In this document: positions 16,457-30,420 of the stretch, in pieces
Numbering within the stretch: the stretch's first letter is position 1
Layout of the letters: the number at the start of each line of letters is the position of its first letter
Assembly (NCBI RefSeq): GCF_009914755.1
Contig: NC_060928.1
Strand: one strand, 5' to 3'
From: the human T2T-CHM13v2.0 reference genome, Homo sapiens
Length of the DNA: 64,000 nt
Notes under the pieces: generated by a model
Database searches by the model: none
What the model saw: only the letters and a program-made list of their open reading frames with translations
What the model was told of the DNA's origin: nothing
Program-made: the position numbers and the translations under genes

Positions 16457-16605
16457 AATCACTCTTAAACTGTATGGCCACCCTCCGAGGCAAGTATCAT
16501 TACCCCTTTTCTACTGATGAGAAAAGTGAGCATCAGAATATTTAAACTGACAAAACACACATAGTAGGTGACAGAGATAGGATGTGAAACTAAATAAATC
16601 TGTAT
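16355..16605 (-). mobile_element. MIR containing a (TG)n repeat
   Basis: atagctaccatttat...tattaccccttttctactgatgagaaaagtgag-type reverse MIR core. Confidence 0.65.
16408..16453. repeat. (TG)23 microsatellite
   Basis: Uninterrupted TG run. Confidence 0.97.
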
Positions 16606-17199
16606 ACCATATAGCTGCCTTGTGAGACATTTCTGTGAAATTAGACATTGAACTAAAGCATACGAAGCACAGAGGCAAGAATGGAAGAAAGGTACTAACC
16701 TGCTCAGGTTTTTACTAAAAGATCTAACTCAACTGGGACCACCAAAAATTACATTTTAGTAGGAGGCCAGCATATCATTAATCATGTATTCATTCAGTCA
16801 ATAATATTTATTTAATATTCAACTGTGTGTAAAGTACTTCTTTAGATATTGCAGATAAAAGCAATATCTATCAAAATGAATCTTACAGCACTTTCTCTAA
16901 CTAAAATGTAAATGCCACAAGAGTGGAATTTTATCCCCAGCACACAAAATTTGCCAGGCCTATAGTAGGTGCTAAGTGCATATTTGCTGAAAAGGTTAAT
17001 CTTTCAGGAGCAGTTACTTCCAAGCAAAAATTTAGCCTTCTCCTGTATTTTATTTTATTTTTACATAAGCATTTGATTTTTAAGTACACTCTACATTTTG
17101 TGGAAATAGGGGGAGATGATCTCATGAAGTGATTGAGTTAAATGGTTCAGAGACTCTGTTTCACAGCATCATGTCTTGTTCTTATAATTCATCCCGAAT

Positions 17200-20100
17200 T
17201 TCCATCTGCGAGTTTTTCACTTTTCAATTGGTTTTCCTGTCTTCTTTCTGTTGACATTCATTGCATATTTTAGATATTAATCTTTTGTGGGTTTTTTAAA
17301 CATTGTAAATATCTTTTTCCATTTCTCACCGTCAAGTTAACTTTGTCTATTTATCCTTTCTTGAGCAGAAATATTTAGTTGTGATGTAGTTAAATCTCTC
17401 AATTTACTCATTAATGTTCTGCCCTTGTTTTTGAAGGCCTTGCTATCTTCAGAGCTATAGTCATGTCTCAGATTATTTTTTCTTTTGGCTTTCGAGTTCA
17501 CTCTTCACATTTAGGCCTGTCTTATCTTTATTCATCTGAGGCATTGCTCCAGTTATAAACCAAATTCCAATATACACCAGATCTGTTCTGACCTTTGATT
17601 TGGTTCCATTGGGCTTTTATACCAGAACACTGACTTGGTAGTATATATTAGAACTGGGGAGGCTTTACTTTATTTAAAAAAAAAAATCCGGAATTTTTAA
17701 GATCCTATTTTTTCAAACACATAAAAAATCAGTTTTTCAATGTCTTGTTTAAAGATATGTTTGTAATTTTGATTGCAATTGCATTGAATTTATATGCTAC
17801 TTTAGTAAAATTGACATACTTATATTATTAATCATTCCATCCATAAACATGGCTCAGTATTTTGACCATTTACCTAGGTATTCCTTAACATCATTTAATA
17901 GGATTTTTTTCTGCATAAAGATGTTGCACATTCTTTATTAGATTAACTCCTACAATTCTATAGTTTCATTTTTACTGTGATTGGTCTCTTACTTTCTGTT
18001 TCATATTCTAGTTAGTCGTAATACTGATGAATGAACTTCATTTCTGTAAACTGATCTTATGTCCAGCAACTTTGTTTTCTATGTTTAGGAGTTTTTGTAA
18101 TAAATCTGAGTTGATGTTTATTAAAGTTTTTCCTTATTTATTCTGATAATCAAAACTTATTTCTCCTTTGGTCAATTAATGTAGTAGATTGTACTACTAG
18201 ATTTTCTGATGTTCATCTCTCCTTACTTTTTTGAGATGGACCCATCTTGATCATTTTTTAAAATACACATTTGAATCCAGTTAATGAATCGTTTATTTGT
18301 ACTTTTGCAACAATATAAAGGATTGATCAAATTCCTCTAGAACTTTCTTTTTCTCTTATTTATCCAACTTGTTAATCAAATTTATACTAACCTCATAACA
18401 TGAGTTAATAATATTTGTCTTTTTTCTGTTTTATATAAAAACTTCAAAAACAATGAATAATATTTTCCTTGAAAGTTTGGTACAGTTCACCTGCAGAATC
18501 TTTTGTTGATGGGAGGAGGGGCTTGGCTGAATTTCAGTTCATTAGTAGTTTTAATGGTATTCATATTTTCTTCCTTTTTGCACCTGCAAAAGCCTGCAGG
18601 GCAGGCTTTAATTCCTCCAGAAATTTATTCAAGTCATCTAGGTATTCAAACATAATTGGATATAGATTTTCATATTCTTTTTGTTATTTCATGTTAAAAT
18701 TATGATGTTTCTACTTTTTTGTTGTTATTTGCATCTTTTCTCTTTTTTTCAAGATCAGTTTTCCCAGAGGATGGTCATTCTTATTAATTTTTTCAAAGAA
18801 CAAATTTTACTATTATGAGTCTTCTCTTTTTCTTTCTTTCATGATGATTTATTCTTATATTTATTATTTTTTCCATATATCCCATAAGCGTATTATGCTG
18901 CTCCTTTCCTAAGTTATTTGTTGGTCTCTGCTCTCTCAAGCCTGTTTTGGAACTGTTCGGGGGTATTTCCTTTCCACAAAGCCTCATTATGAAATCAGCC
19001 TTTTTACCCTATTGCTGCATGTGCGATGTTATCTGTTTGATATCTGAACCAAATTTATTTTCAGTCTTTATTATAAATATACTTAATGTTATTATAGTTC
19101 CTCTAAACATACCTACTTTAGTTCAATACATTGGATAGGTTGTATTTTCAAGGTTATTTAGGTCAAAGTGTTTTCCCTTTATAATAATGTTCAACCTAAA
19201 GGTTATTTGGTAGTAGGTTTATTAAGTTCCAGAGAGAGAGAGAAAGTTTTAAGTTATTTATTTACTCTTGATTTCTAATTTTATTGAATCATAGCAAGTC
19301 AATATAATCTGAATAATGTGGATTTTTAAAAATAAGCTGAGACTATCTTTGAGGCCATGTTTGTGGAAATTTCTGTATATATTATATGTTTGTTTGAAAA
19401 GACTGTATTTTTTTATTTTGGTTGATTGTAAAATTTTCTTCATCACTGTGTGAACCTTCCTCCCCATACACATATCGCAAATTTGGTTCAGATGCCAAAC
19501 TAATGACACCACACATGCACCAACGGATATAAAATGTGTATCACATAATGAGGTTTTGTGGGGAGGACAGACTCCTAACCAGGTCCAAAACTGGCTTCAG
19601 AGAGCAGAGAAAGGAGACCGGCGTGACTTTTATTATGTTGAGGGGCTGAGGCTGAATTGAGAGTTCCCATACATACTGCCCAAGACTTATGTGGCTTTAA
19701 CTTACCACTGGCTGGCACTAAAGAAGGGGACACCTGGATTTCTCATCTGCCTGACCAAATGTGGAGCAGAAAAGGAAAGGAAAAATGTGGGCATTAAAAG
19801 CTGTCAGCAATCAAACATCAAAAATGGAGTCAGACACTTCATTACAGCCTCCTTCTCTCCCTCTTTCTCTCTCTATATTTGCATTTTAGCTTAATAGTTG
19901 TGTTTTTGAATCTTCTAAATATTGAATATTTTTGGTTTGTATGACCCATCCATTTCTCTGAATCTAATATAAAATCTCTAGTTAAAATGTCTAATTTATA
20001 TATTTCTGCCCACTATGTTATATTAGTATTTTGTAAATTCCAAGTTCTTTCCTATACTAAAGTTCATGGTCTACAATTCTTAATTTTATGTTATTTTCCT

Positions 20101-20690
20101 TGTACTTTTTTATTTGTATCTATTTTTCCCAAAATCAGTTTTTCTTGAAGTTGGTTATTCTTATTAATTTTATCTCTCTGAGCTTCAATTTCACTATATA
20201 ACAATACTTCTATTCTGTCCAAATTATTAGTCTATTAACTAACTTTAGTTTTCATTCAAATGTATGCTTCTTTCTTTCTTGATAAATTTCAGACCTCAGT
20301 TCTCAAGTCAAAGATTGACCAGACTAGGCAAGCTCTAGACTCAGCTCACCTCTTTTGACACTTTGCAATCCTCACCTAGACAAGGCTTTAGGCTTTGGGA
20401 TCCAGTCTGGAGCATGCACCCCACTCATGGTATGGAGAGTTCTATAAATTAATCCCCTGTCAGTTTCTGATGCTAAAATATCTTCTCCCAATGAAATGTT
20501 GTTTGTTCATGCAACAATACCCTATTGTGATTTTTTAAACAATTACCGTGGTTTTGTAAATATGTATTCATATCTGCTAGGGTAAGAATTTCTCTTTAAA
20601 ATGCTCCTCAAAATTAATTTAGCTATTAGTGGACCTTTATTCTTTCCTAGACATTTTAGAATGAATTTGTCTAGATCCTCAAAAAAAAAG
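17200..20690 (-). mobile_element. Highly decayed L1M(E) ORF2 remnants
   Basis: T-rich antisense L1 motifs (attgcattgaatttata, ccatccataaacatgg, tttcaaagaacaaatttt, ttctaattttattg); interrupted by LTR47; similar sequence resumes ~25455-26500. Confidence 0.6.
19447..19846 (-). mobile_element. LTR47-like solo LTR
   Basis: Reverse strand begins TGTAATGAAGTGTCTGACTCCATTTTTGATGTTTGATTGCTGACAGC and ends in CACA; TG...CA termini. Confidence 0.7.
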
Positions 20691-20694
20691 GTTT

Positions 20695-23600
20695 TTAAAT
20701 TAACATTTTATTAATATGTAATAATCACACATATTTCTAGAATAAATGTAATATTTTGGTACGTGCATACAATGTGTAAAATCAGGGTATTTAGGATACC
20801 CATCACCTCAAATATTTATCATTTCTTCATGTTAAGAACATTTCAAGACTTCTTTTCTAGTTACTTTTAAATATACAATAAATTATTGCTAATTATAGCC
20901 ACCCAACTGTGCTATTGAAAACTAGAGCTTTTCCCTTCCATCTAACTGTATGTTTGTACTAATTGAACAACCTCTCTTCCTCCCCGTCATCCACGCTTCC
21001 TACCCTCTCGTAACCATCATTTAACTCTCTGCCTCCATGAGATCAACTTTTTTAGCTCTCACCCATGAGTGAGAATATATATTTGCCTTTCTGTGCCTGG
21101 GTTATTTCACTTAACATAATGGTCTTCAGTTCCCTCTCTGTTGCTGCAAATGACAACATTTTGTCTTTTGTGTGGCTGAATAGCATTCAATTTTGTATTC
21201 ACACCACATATGTTTTATCTATCCCTCTGTTGATGGATACTTACATTGATTCCATATCTTGGCTATTGTGAATAGTGCTGCAGTAGACAAGGGAGCTCAG
21301 GTATCACTACCCAGTAATGAGATTGCTGAATCATATGGTGGTGTTATTTTTAGTTTTTTGAGAAACCTCCATAATGTTTTCCATGATGGCTACAGTAATT
21401 TACATTCCCACCAACAGTGTGTAAGAGTTCTCCTTTTCTGCATCTTACTAACATTTGTTATTTTTGTCTTTTTGATAATAACCATTTTAACTGGAGTGAG
21501 ATGATATCTCATTGTAGTTTTCATTTGCATTTCAGTGATAATTAGTGATGTTAGGCATTTTTTCGTATATCTGTTAGTCATTCGTCTTCTTTTGAAAAAT
21601 GCCTATTCAGATCATTTGCTTATATTTTGAGGTTATTTGTGAGCTTGCCGGTGGAGGGGTTGTTTGTTCATTTGTTCTTTTTTTCTCTTGTTTGTGTTCT
21701 AGGTATAAGAGTTTTTCGGTGGAATGTGTAGGTTTATACACACACACACACACACACATATATATGTATGTGTGTAAGATTATGTTGTCTGCAAAGAGGA
21801 ATAATTTGACTTTGTTTGCTAATTTGGTTGCCTTTTATTTATTTCTCTTCCTGATTGTTCTAGCTAGGACTCCTACTCCTTGTCATATTGCAATTCTTAG
21901 AGAAAAAACTTTCCGCTTTTCCACATTCAGTATGATATTATCAGTGGATTTGTCACTTATGAACATTATTGTGCATAATTTGCTTTTTCCTGCATTTATT
22001 GAGATGATCGTATGGTTTTTGTCCTTCATTCCATTGATGTGATGTATCACATTTAATGATTTGTGCATGTTGAAAACATCCTTGTATCCTGAGATAAATC
22101 CCACTTTATCATAATGTATTATCTTTTTGATGTGTTGTTAGATTTGATTTGCTGGCATTTTTTAAGGATTTTTTCATCTATTTTCATCAGAAATATTGGC
22201 CTGTAGTTTTCTTTTTTTGTTGTGTCCTTGTCTGGTTTTAGTATTAGGGTAATGCTGTTCTCGTAAAATGAATTAGGAAGAGTTCCCTCCTTTTTAATTT
22301 TTTGGAATGGTGTGAGAAGAATTGGTGTTAGTTACTTTGTTTTTATAAGATTGGTTAGAATTCAGCAGTAAAGCTGTTCAGTCCTGGAATTTTCTTGGTT
22401 AGAAGACTTTTGATTACTGATTCAATCTTACTACTTGTTATTGGTCTGTTCACGTTTTCTGTTTCTTCCTGGTTCAATCTTGGTAGATTGTACGTGTCCG
22501 GGAAAGTATCCATTTCCTCTAGGTTTTCCAATTTGCTAGAGTATAGTTAGTTGTTCACAAATAGTCTCTAATTATACTTTGCATTTTTTGTGGTTTCTCC
22601 TCTAGTGTATCTTTTTTTCGGTTCTGATTTTATATGGGTCTTCTTTTTTTTTCTTCTTAGACTAGCTACCACTGGATTAATTTTATCTTTTTAAAAAAGA
22701 AATCTGTTTCATTATATTGATTCTTTGTAATTTTTAAGTCATGATTTCATTTAGTTCTGCTCTGATCTTTATTATTTTTTTATTAATGATGGTTTGGTTT
22801 CTTCTTGCATTTCTAGTTCCTTGAGGTGCATCAATTAGGTTGTTTACTTTTAATCTTTTTACTTTTTTGATGTAGGCATTTTTTGGTATTACATTCTCTC
22901 TTAACCCTGCTTTCGCCGTGTCTCATAAGTGTTGGTATGGTGTGTTTCCATTTTCACTCATTTCAGTAAATGTTTTTGTTTCCTTCTTTATTTCTTCTTT
23001 GAACCAATAGTTGTTCAGAATCATGTTGTCTAATTTGCATGTATTTGTACACTGTCTAAAGTTCCTGTTGTTATCAATTTCTAGTTTTGTTCCATTGTGG
23101 TCTCAGAATATACTTGATAAGATTTCAAATTTTTAAATTTGTTGAGCCTTGTTTTGTGGCCCAGCATATGGTCTATCCTTGTGAATGGTCCATATGCTGG
23201 TGAGAAGAACATGTATTCTGTAGCTGTTGGATGAAATGTTGTTTAAATGTCTGTTAGGTCCATTTGGCCTAAAATGCAGTTTAAATCCAATATTTCTGTA
23301 TTGATGTGCCTTCTACATGATCTGTATAATGCTGAGAGCCTATCTTTCCCTTTAGATCTACTATTAGCTTTATATATCTGGGTGCTTCCATGGCAGGTAC
23401 GTGTATATTTAAAATTGTTACATCCTCTTTCAAACTGACTTATTATTATATAATGACATTCTTCGTGCATTTTTACTGTTTTTGACTTTAAGTCTGTTTT
23501 ATCTTATGTAACTATAGCTAGATACTCCTGCTGACTTTTGGATCCTGTTTGCATGGAATATCTTTTTTATTCCTTTATTTTTAGTCTATATGTGTCTCTA

Positions 23601-25452
23601 TAGGTGAAGTGAGTTTCTTATAGGCAGCAGATAATTGAGCCATATTTGTTTTTATTTATGCAGCCAGTTTATATTTTTAAGTCGTGAATTTAAACTGTTT
23701 CCATTTAGGGTTATCATTACAGGTGAGGACTTATTCCTGTCAATTTGCTACACTTTTTTTTTTCTGGTTGATTTTCATATGCTTTATCCCCTTTTTCTTC
23801 TTTTATTTTTTATTATTGGGGGGTGTCATTTTTCAGTAGTGTTAATGTTTGACTCTTTTCTCTTTCTCACTTGTCTGCTCTCCCAGTGAGTATTATACTT
23901 TCATGTGTTTTCATGATTGTGGAGATCATCCTTTCACTTGCAGATATATGACTCGCATAAGCATTTCTAGTAGGAAATTCTATATCACCACTAGACCACC
24001 ACAGGTCTACTGGAAATAAACTTCCTCAGTTTTTGCTTGTTTGGGAAAGACTTGATTTCTGTCTCATTTTTTGAAGAATGTGTTTGTTGTGTATAGCATT
24101 CTTGCCGTATATACAGTTTGTATTTTGTTATTGTTATTTGTATTTTGTTCGTTTTTCTTTTCAGCACTTTAATTATCTCACCCCATTCTCTTCCTTCCTA
24201 TAAGGTTTCTGTTGAGAAATTAGCTGTTAGTCTGATGGTGATGCCTTTATATACGACTTGATGCTTTTCTCTGGCTGTTTTTAGGATTCTGTCTTTGACT
24301 TTTGACAGTTTGACTATAATACACTTTGAGGAGACCATTTTGGGTTGAATCTACTAGGGAGATTAAGCTTTCTGTATTTGGATGTCCATATCTTTTGCAA
24401 GAATTGGGTAATTTTAAGCTATTTTTTCATTAAATAGCTTTCATATCCCTTTAATTTTCTGTTTGTCTTATGAGACACCACAAATTCAAATATTTGTTTG
24501 CTTTATAATATCCCATATGTCATATAGGCTTTTTTATTAGCTGACTGGGTTATTTCAGCAGACCTATCTTCAAGTACAAATATTATTTCTTCTGCTTGAT
24601 CTAGCCTATTGTTAAAGGTCAATGTTGTATTTTTATTTTTTTATTTGAGTTGTTCAGTTCTAGAATTTGTTTAGTTATATTTTACTATATCTATTTCTTT
24701 GTTAAATTTCTCATTCAGATCCTGAACTTTTTTCCTGATTTATTTCTATTTTTAATCTGTATTCCTTTGTATCTCACTGAGTTTCTTTAATATTGTTCCT
24801 TTGAATATTTTTCTCACTTTTAACAGGTTTTATTTTCTTTGGGATGTGTTACTGAATAATTATTGTGTTTCTTTGGAGGCGCCATGTTTCCTTGCTTTTT
24901 CATGTTTCTTGTGTCATTACGTTGACATCTGTGCATCTGTGTAACAGATACTTCTTCCAGTTTTACAATTTGGCTTTTGTAGGAAAAGGCTTTCCCTATA
25001 GATATATCTGTAGTGTTGGTTGGGTAGAGTACCTTTGTTTTGATGCTTGGTGGGCACAGTCGTCTCCATATGATTTCTTTGGTTATAATAAGCATCAGTG
25101 CTATCTGTGAGTTCCTCAGTGGCTTAGACTGTGGTTGTTAATGGAGACTGTGGTGAAGCTTTGCTGAGGAATGGGACACCAGGCAGGCCAGTCCTCAGGC
25201 ACAAGTGATGGTGGCAGCAAGCTAGGCATGCTTGTTATCAGGATCTTGGGTGATGTACAAAAATGCCAATGGGGTGGGGGTTTGGGTGGATGGGTCCCTG
25301 GGCCCCCCAGCAACTTGCTTAGGTGCCAGCAATGGTAGTGGTGGGCCCAGCAGGCAAGTGAGTCCTCTAGTCCCTGGGTAGCATGCAGGACATCAGTAGT
25401 GGCAGTAGCAGTGGCAGGCCAACCCTCAGGCCTCTAGGCAGTGCATGCAGGT
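20695..25452 (-). mobile_element. L1MA-type element with internal deletions (3'UTR, ORF2 pieces, ORF1/5' region)
   Basis: L1MA 3'UTR at 20700-21100; ORF2-like peptides on - strand ([18 protein letters not shown]; [11 protein letters not shown]; QMDLTDI); GC-richer 5' region 25100-25450. Confidence 0.8.
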
Positions 25453-26769
25453 ACTTCTTATGTTTTTCAAAAAAACAAACTTTAGTTTCATCTTTTTTTA
25501 TTTTTCTTTCCTTTTATTATAATTTATCCATATATTTATTATTTTTTATAAATCCTATGGACTTATATTGCTCTTTTCCTAGATTTATTTTTTTATCAGA
25601 ATGTAACATTTTTTCTGTTATGTTTGACTTGAATTACCTTTGGCCTAATATTAAAACTGTTACTCCATTATTGCTTTGGTTGATTTTCTCTGTTTTTTTT
25701 CACAATGTCTTCATAATTTTCTATCTCAATAGTATTTACTTGTATTGTAATTTTTAAAAATTTTCATCTCAGAGTATTTGTCTTTTGATTTATAAATAAA
25801 ATACATTTAAAATTTATTGCAATTACTGTTACATTAAAATTATACCATATTATTTAATAATTTCTATTTGTCATACCTTATTTATTTTTCTTCTTATATT
25901 GGAAAGACATTTTTTATTGATTATAAAATTATATGATCAAGTTTTATTCTTCTACTGGTTATTCCTAAATTGTTTAACACATTTTTATGTTTATTTTACA
26001 TTTATTTTTCTTTCAATTTATTAAGCTAATTATAGGTTATCTGTAACTTCTTCCAATCCTTAGTTATATTTCTTCAAACTTTTTTCCATTATTTCTTATT
26101 CCTCCTTCTTGTATTTCTACATGTTTTGGTATTTCTTCCCTTTACCCTTATTTTAACTTCTACATTTTAATTATCTCTTAACTATTTTATACTTTTCTTT
26201 CCACTTTTCCTATTTTCTTCTCTAATAGCCGCTTGACTTCCAGTTTACAATTCCTTTCTCAGTTATACCCACTTATTCCATCATTAACCTCATTTTACTG
26301 AGTTCTTTATTTCAACAATTATATTTTTAAATTATAGCATCTACACTTAATTCCTTCTCTAACTACTTGTTCTTGCTTAGTATTTGTAGTAATCTCTTTT
26401 ATACATTTAAGAATATATATTGAGCTTAGTTGAAATTCATATACTCTCTGGCCCACTGATTGTTTTATTTGGTTATATTATTGCATTCTTAAAATATCTT
26501 AACATTTCTCTCTCATGAATTAAAATTTCTTTGGAAGTGCCAGCAACTTTGACTATTTTTTTAAATTATTTTAGGGATTCTTTGAAGGCCCAAGCCATAG
26601 GTTTTGCTCCTGTTAGTGAGTTTAAGAGTGGATAAATTTACATCAAAAGAAATGTACCTCAGGGTAGAGAACCTCTAGTGTTCTAATCTGGATTCTAATG
26701 TTCCCATTTCTGCACCATCACATCCAGGTGACCCTGCCTCTCCATATACATCTTTGTACCTCTTCCCCA

Positions 26770-26861
26770 AGTGCTACTTTTCAACATGTATTTTGCAGTC
26801 CACTAATCTACTGAGTGCTACTTTTCAACATGTATTTTGCAGTCCACTAATCTACTGAGTG
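26770..26861. repeat. Perfect 44-bp tandem duplication
   Basis: agtgctacttttcaacatgtattttgcagtccactaatctactg twice, then agtg. Confidence 0.97.
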
Positions 26862-27349
26862 TGGTGGGGCTCCTTGGGAGAAAAGGATAACCAGGGAATA
26901 ATGGTATCCACCTGCAATTTTGTTTTTCTTCCAACTTCAGCTGAACTCCAATGCTAGCCTAATACAATTCATCTCATTGGGCTGACACTGCACTGATGAT
27001 GTTTTCTCTGCTTTGCAGTGATGATGGGAAGGGGAAATTCCTCAGAGAAATATGGGGGAAAGAATAAAGCACCTATCTAGAAAGCACTCATCCAATCTGT
27101 CTTAATCTGTGATGCCTGACCTTCTTCCATTCTAGACTACTTTTAAATCCCTCAGTTGTATGAAACCACATTCCATCTCTTCAGGATTTCTTGATGGTTT
27201 TTCTGTTGGTATTAAGAATTCCAATCTTCTCTTATTATTGTAGTATCTCGTATGGTAGGCTTAAAGAGAAAGCCATCAGCTGGATTACTTAGCCTTCTTA
27301 TCCAAAAGATACTTCAGTTTTCAAGTCAAAAATAAAATTCAACAATGTA

Positions 27350-27490
27350 CTCTGTAGGATCATGGGTAACTTATTCACTTCAGTGTCCTCATCTTTAAAA
27401 TAAAGGGTTGATAGAAGGATTACATGATGCATGTTAAGTAACTAGAGCTGTATGTGATACAGTCATACATAATAAATAATAGCTGTTATT
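27350..27490 (+). mobile_element. MIR fragment
   Basis: cttcagtgtcctcatctttaaaataaaggg...aataaataatagctgttatt. Confidence 0.6.
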
Positions 27491-28499
27491 TTTAATATAT
27501 TTAAGTTAAAATCATTATATAACAAATATATTCAGTTGATGTATAAGGGATAAAAACACTTCCTGGTTTCTGGATCTACCCCGAAATTAAAAACCTCTCA
27601 CTATAGTCCTTCCATTGACTCTACAAGATGTAGAAACAAGAGAACAGTGGTACATCAAATGCTTTAAGACTTGCTTCAATAGAATACACATTCCCTAGAA
27701 ACTTCTCCATATAGTGGAAAATAAAGTTAAATATACCATGTAAGTCCTGGAAGGAGTAGGAAGGTAATCAAGCCCAATAAATATCTTTGAAGTTTTAGAA
27801 TTAATTTATTGTGTAATCGGAAAATTGGACTTCAGAAACATCTATATTTTTTACTTTTGTAATTTGTGAAATTTTTTCTTGCATTTATTAGTTAAAAGTT
27901 TTGTCTGTTTTGTTAAACTTTGAAGAAAATAGTGCCATCATTTGAGCTGAAATGTAAACAAGAAAGTAATGTATCCCCAAGAGCCAGGCATGGTGGAGGC
28001 AGCTTATCAAGGTAAAGAACCCCCAAAAAGAAAGGTTGATTTCAGCGTAGACAGTGAAGATGTATGGTTCAGCTAAATGTCTTTTATAAGTTCACACAGA
28101 GATCTCTCCCAGAGAGATCTAAATCCCTGGATGTTTCTGTGAGAGTTTATATTAAGAAGACCAACATCTTGAAGCAGCACCATAATCAGACATCTTTCTT
28201 GACCTCCATTTCTAACTGCCAAGACCAAATATGAGTCAACACTTCCAATCTATACCGGGAAATGCGAGGCTCTGTGGCAATACTATATTATTCCAAAACA
28301 GTGCATTACTTTGTATAAAGATCATTTCTAATACTCACCTGTTCACTCATTTGTGTTTGACTACTGGCATTAGTATTAGCCTCTGTCAAGGATGCCAATA
28401 ACAACAAAGAAAAATTTTTAAATTAAATCAGTTTTAGACTTTCAACCACAATTATTGCCAGTTTTTTCATGCAGTTGCTTGCTCTATATTTGTTCATCA

Positions 28500-30420
28500 A
28501 CCTCATAGGAATCTTCTGCCTAACTGTCTCTTTACTTCTTCCTTACTGACCCCCTCATCTCTTTACCTCTATTTTCTATTCAGCTTGAACTTTATAATTC
28601 ATCATTAACACCCCTCTATTTATCAATATCTGCAAGTATGTTTTACACATTTTCCTTCCAAGACAGACAGCAGCAGCTAACAAAACCCTGGGCTCATATG
28701 AATCCAACTATTCATCTTTTCCAGTTCTATACCAGGACTGCTGAGTGCCATGGGTGCATCACACATTTGTGCAAGCATCTGTTATTACACACCTGACATT
28801 TCAACCTCTGTTGAGTCTTCATCACTGACTGACTACCATTTATAATCAGGGGTTCTCAACCACATGTAAACATGTGGTTTACGTGTTAGAATCCCAGGAT
28901 GCTTTTTAATAATCCTAATAACTGAGGCCTCATACAAAAACAATAAAATCAGATCCTCTCATGATAGGATCCAGGCATCACTAACTTTAAAAGGTCTCCC
29001 AGATGATTCCAATGAGCAGCCAGGGTTTAAGGTGATGTTTGCAGGCTTTGTGGCACATAATTATGACCTGGGAATTACTAAAAGTACTTATGTCTGAGTC
29101 CCACCCTCAGAGATTATGATTATTTTGTCTGAAGTACAACCTGATATGTTTGACAGTGCTCTAGGTGATTCCAAAATGCAGACAAAGTAAGACCCACTGG
29201 TTAGAGCCACTGTTCCTCAGGCCTCCCACCTTTTGCCTTCCAATTCACAGCAGACAACATTGCTTTCTTCCTCATAGAGAAGATAAAATCTATCAAAAAA
29301 AGGATTTTCTTATCCTCCCTTTCTGCCACCAAAGTTAGAAACAGTCCTCTTCCTATCATTACTCTGCCCACTTCTTCTCTGGTTCTGTCTCTTCCCACAG
29401 TCTCTGTGCTTTCTCTGTGCTTTCCATTAATTACTCCCATCCTTTCCCTGTATCTGCTTCACTTCCGTGGGTATTTAACATGATCTACTCTCACTCATTC
29501 TAAGGGAAACCCTTCCTGCGACATCTGTTTCTAATTACCATCCTATCTTTGTTACCTGTTCAGAACCAAATATCTTGAAACTACTGTGCACCCTAGTTAT
29601 CTCCTCTACCTCACTTATCAGTCCTTTTTTTTTTACATTTTATTATCCATTTATTCCCAACAACAAAGAAATCAGTGGCGTGACCTCATTGTCACAAAGT
29701 TTAGCATGTACTTCTCAACATTTAACTTCACTAAACTCTCAGCAATATTTGACCCTGCTAACTTTACCCAATCGTCTTGAAGTCTTTCATCTCCCTTTGG
29801 CGTTTATAAATCCATATTCTTCAGTTTTTTTTTTCCTTAACTCTGTGGTTGTTCTTTCTGCTTCAGTTGCAGGTTGTGCTTCCTCTGTTCTTTTACATGC
29901 TGGTGTCCCTCAGGCTTCTGTCACTGGAATTAGCTACCTCTGATGTTACATGTTCATTGTTTTCTATGGCTTCAATTTCATATTTTATGCTAATCACTCC
30001 TCTGTGTATATAAAACTCACAGACACAGATAAGAATTTTAACTCATTTTAATTTCTATCTCAGAAATTTATTCTGTGGACTGACATTGAGCTTGGGGATG
30101 GGGAACTGAGTAGAACATCCCATACCAAGAACCTCAAAGATTGAAACTATTTCCCCCAGCTTAGCCTGCATTGTGTGTTCAGGGTGCATAGATTTACCTG
30201 TTGTTTCAGTATTACACCTAGGATTCCAGTAATCTATCGTCTTCCTACTTGCAGGGTACAAATTTCCCTTATAACCACCATCCTACTCCCACCCCCACCC
30301 CGCTGCCTCACCTGTTCCTCTGCCAACTTCAATTGCATTTCTCACCCAGCTGACTTCCCATCATATTCCTCTAGGAAACTTTCCTGAACCCCCCTAAGTT
30401 TCTCTGCAAATTAAATCCCT
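28500..30420 (+). mobile_element. Decayed L2 pieces
   Basis: Pyrimidine-rich L2 ORF2-like motifs (ctctcagcaatatttgac, ggtgtccctcaggcttctgtc, ctctaggaaactttcctga). Confidence 0.5.
28846..29200. mobile_element. Two adjacent MER5-family (hAT-Charlie) elements
   Basis: caggggttctcaac TIR; ctcccagatgattccaatgagcagccagg; second copy gtcccaccctcagagatt...ctaggtgattcc...gacccactg. Confidence 0.7.

Noticed and set aside
28860-28878. p53 response element
   Set aside because: The two CATG cores are 4 bp apart rather than 6, and the flanks fit RRRCWWGYYY poorly
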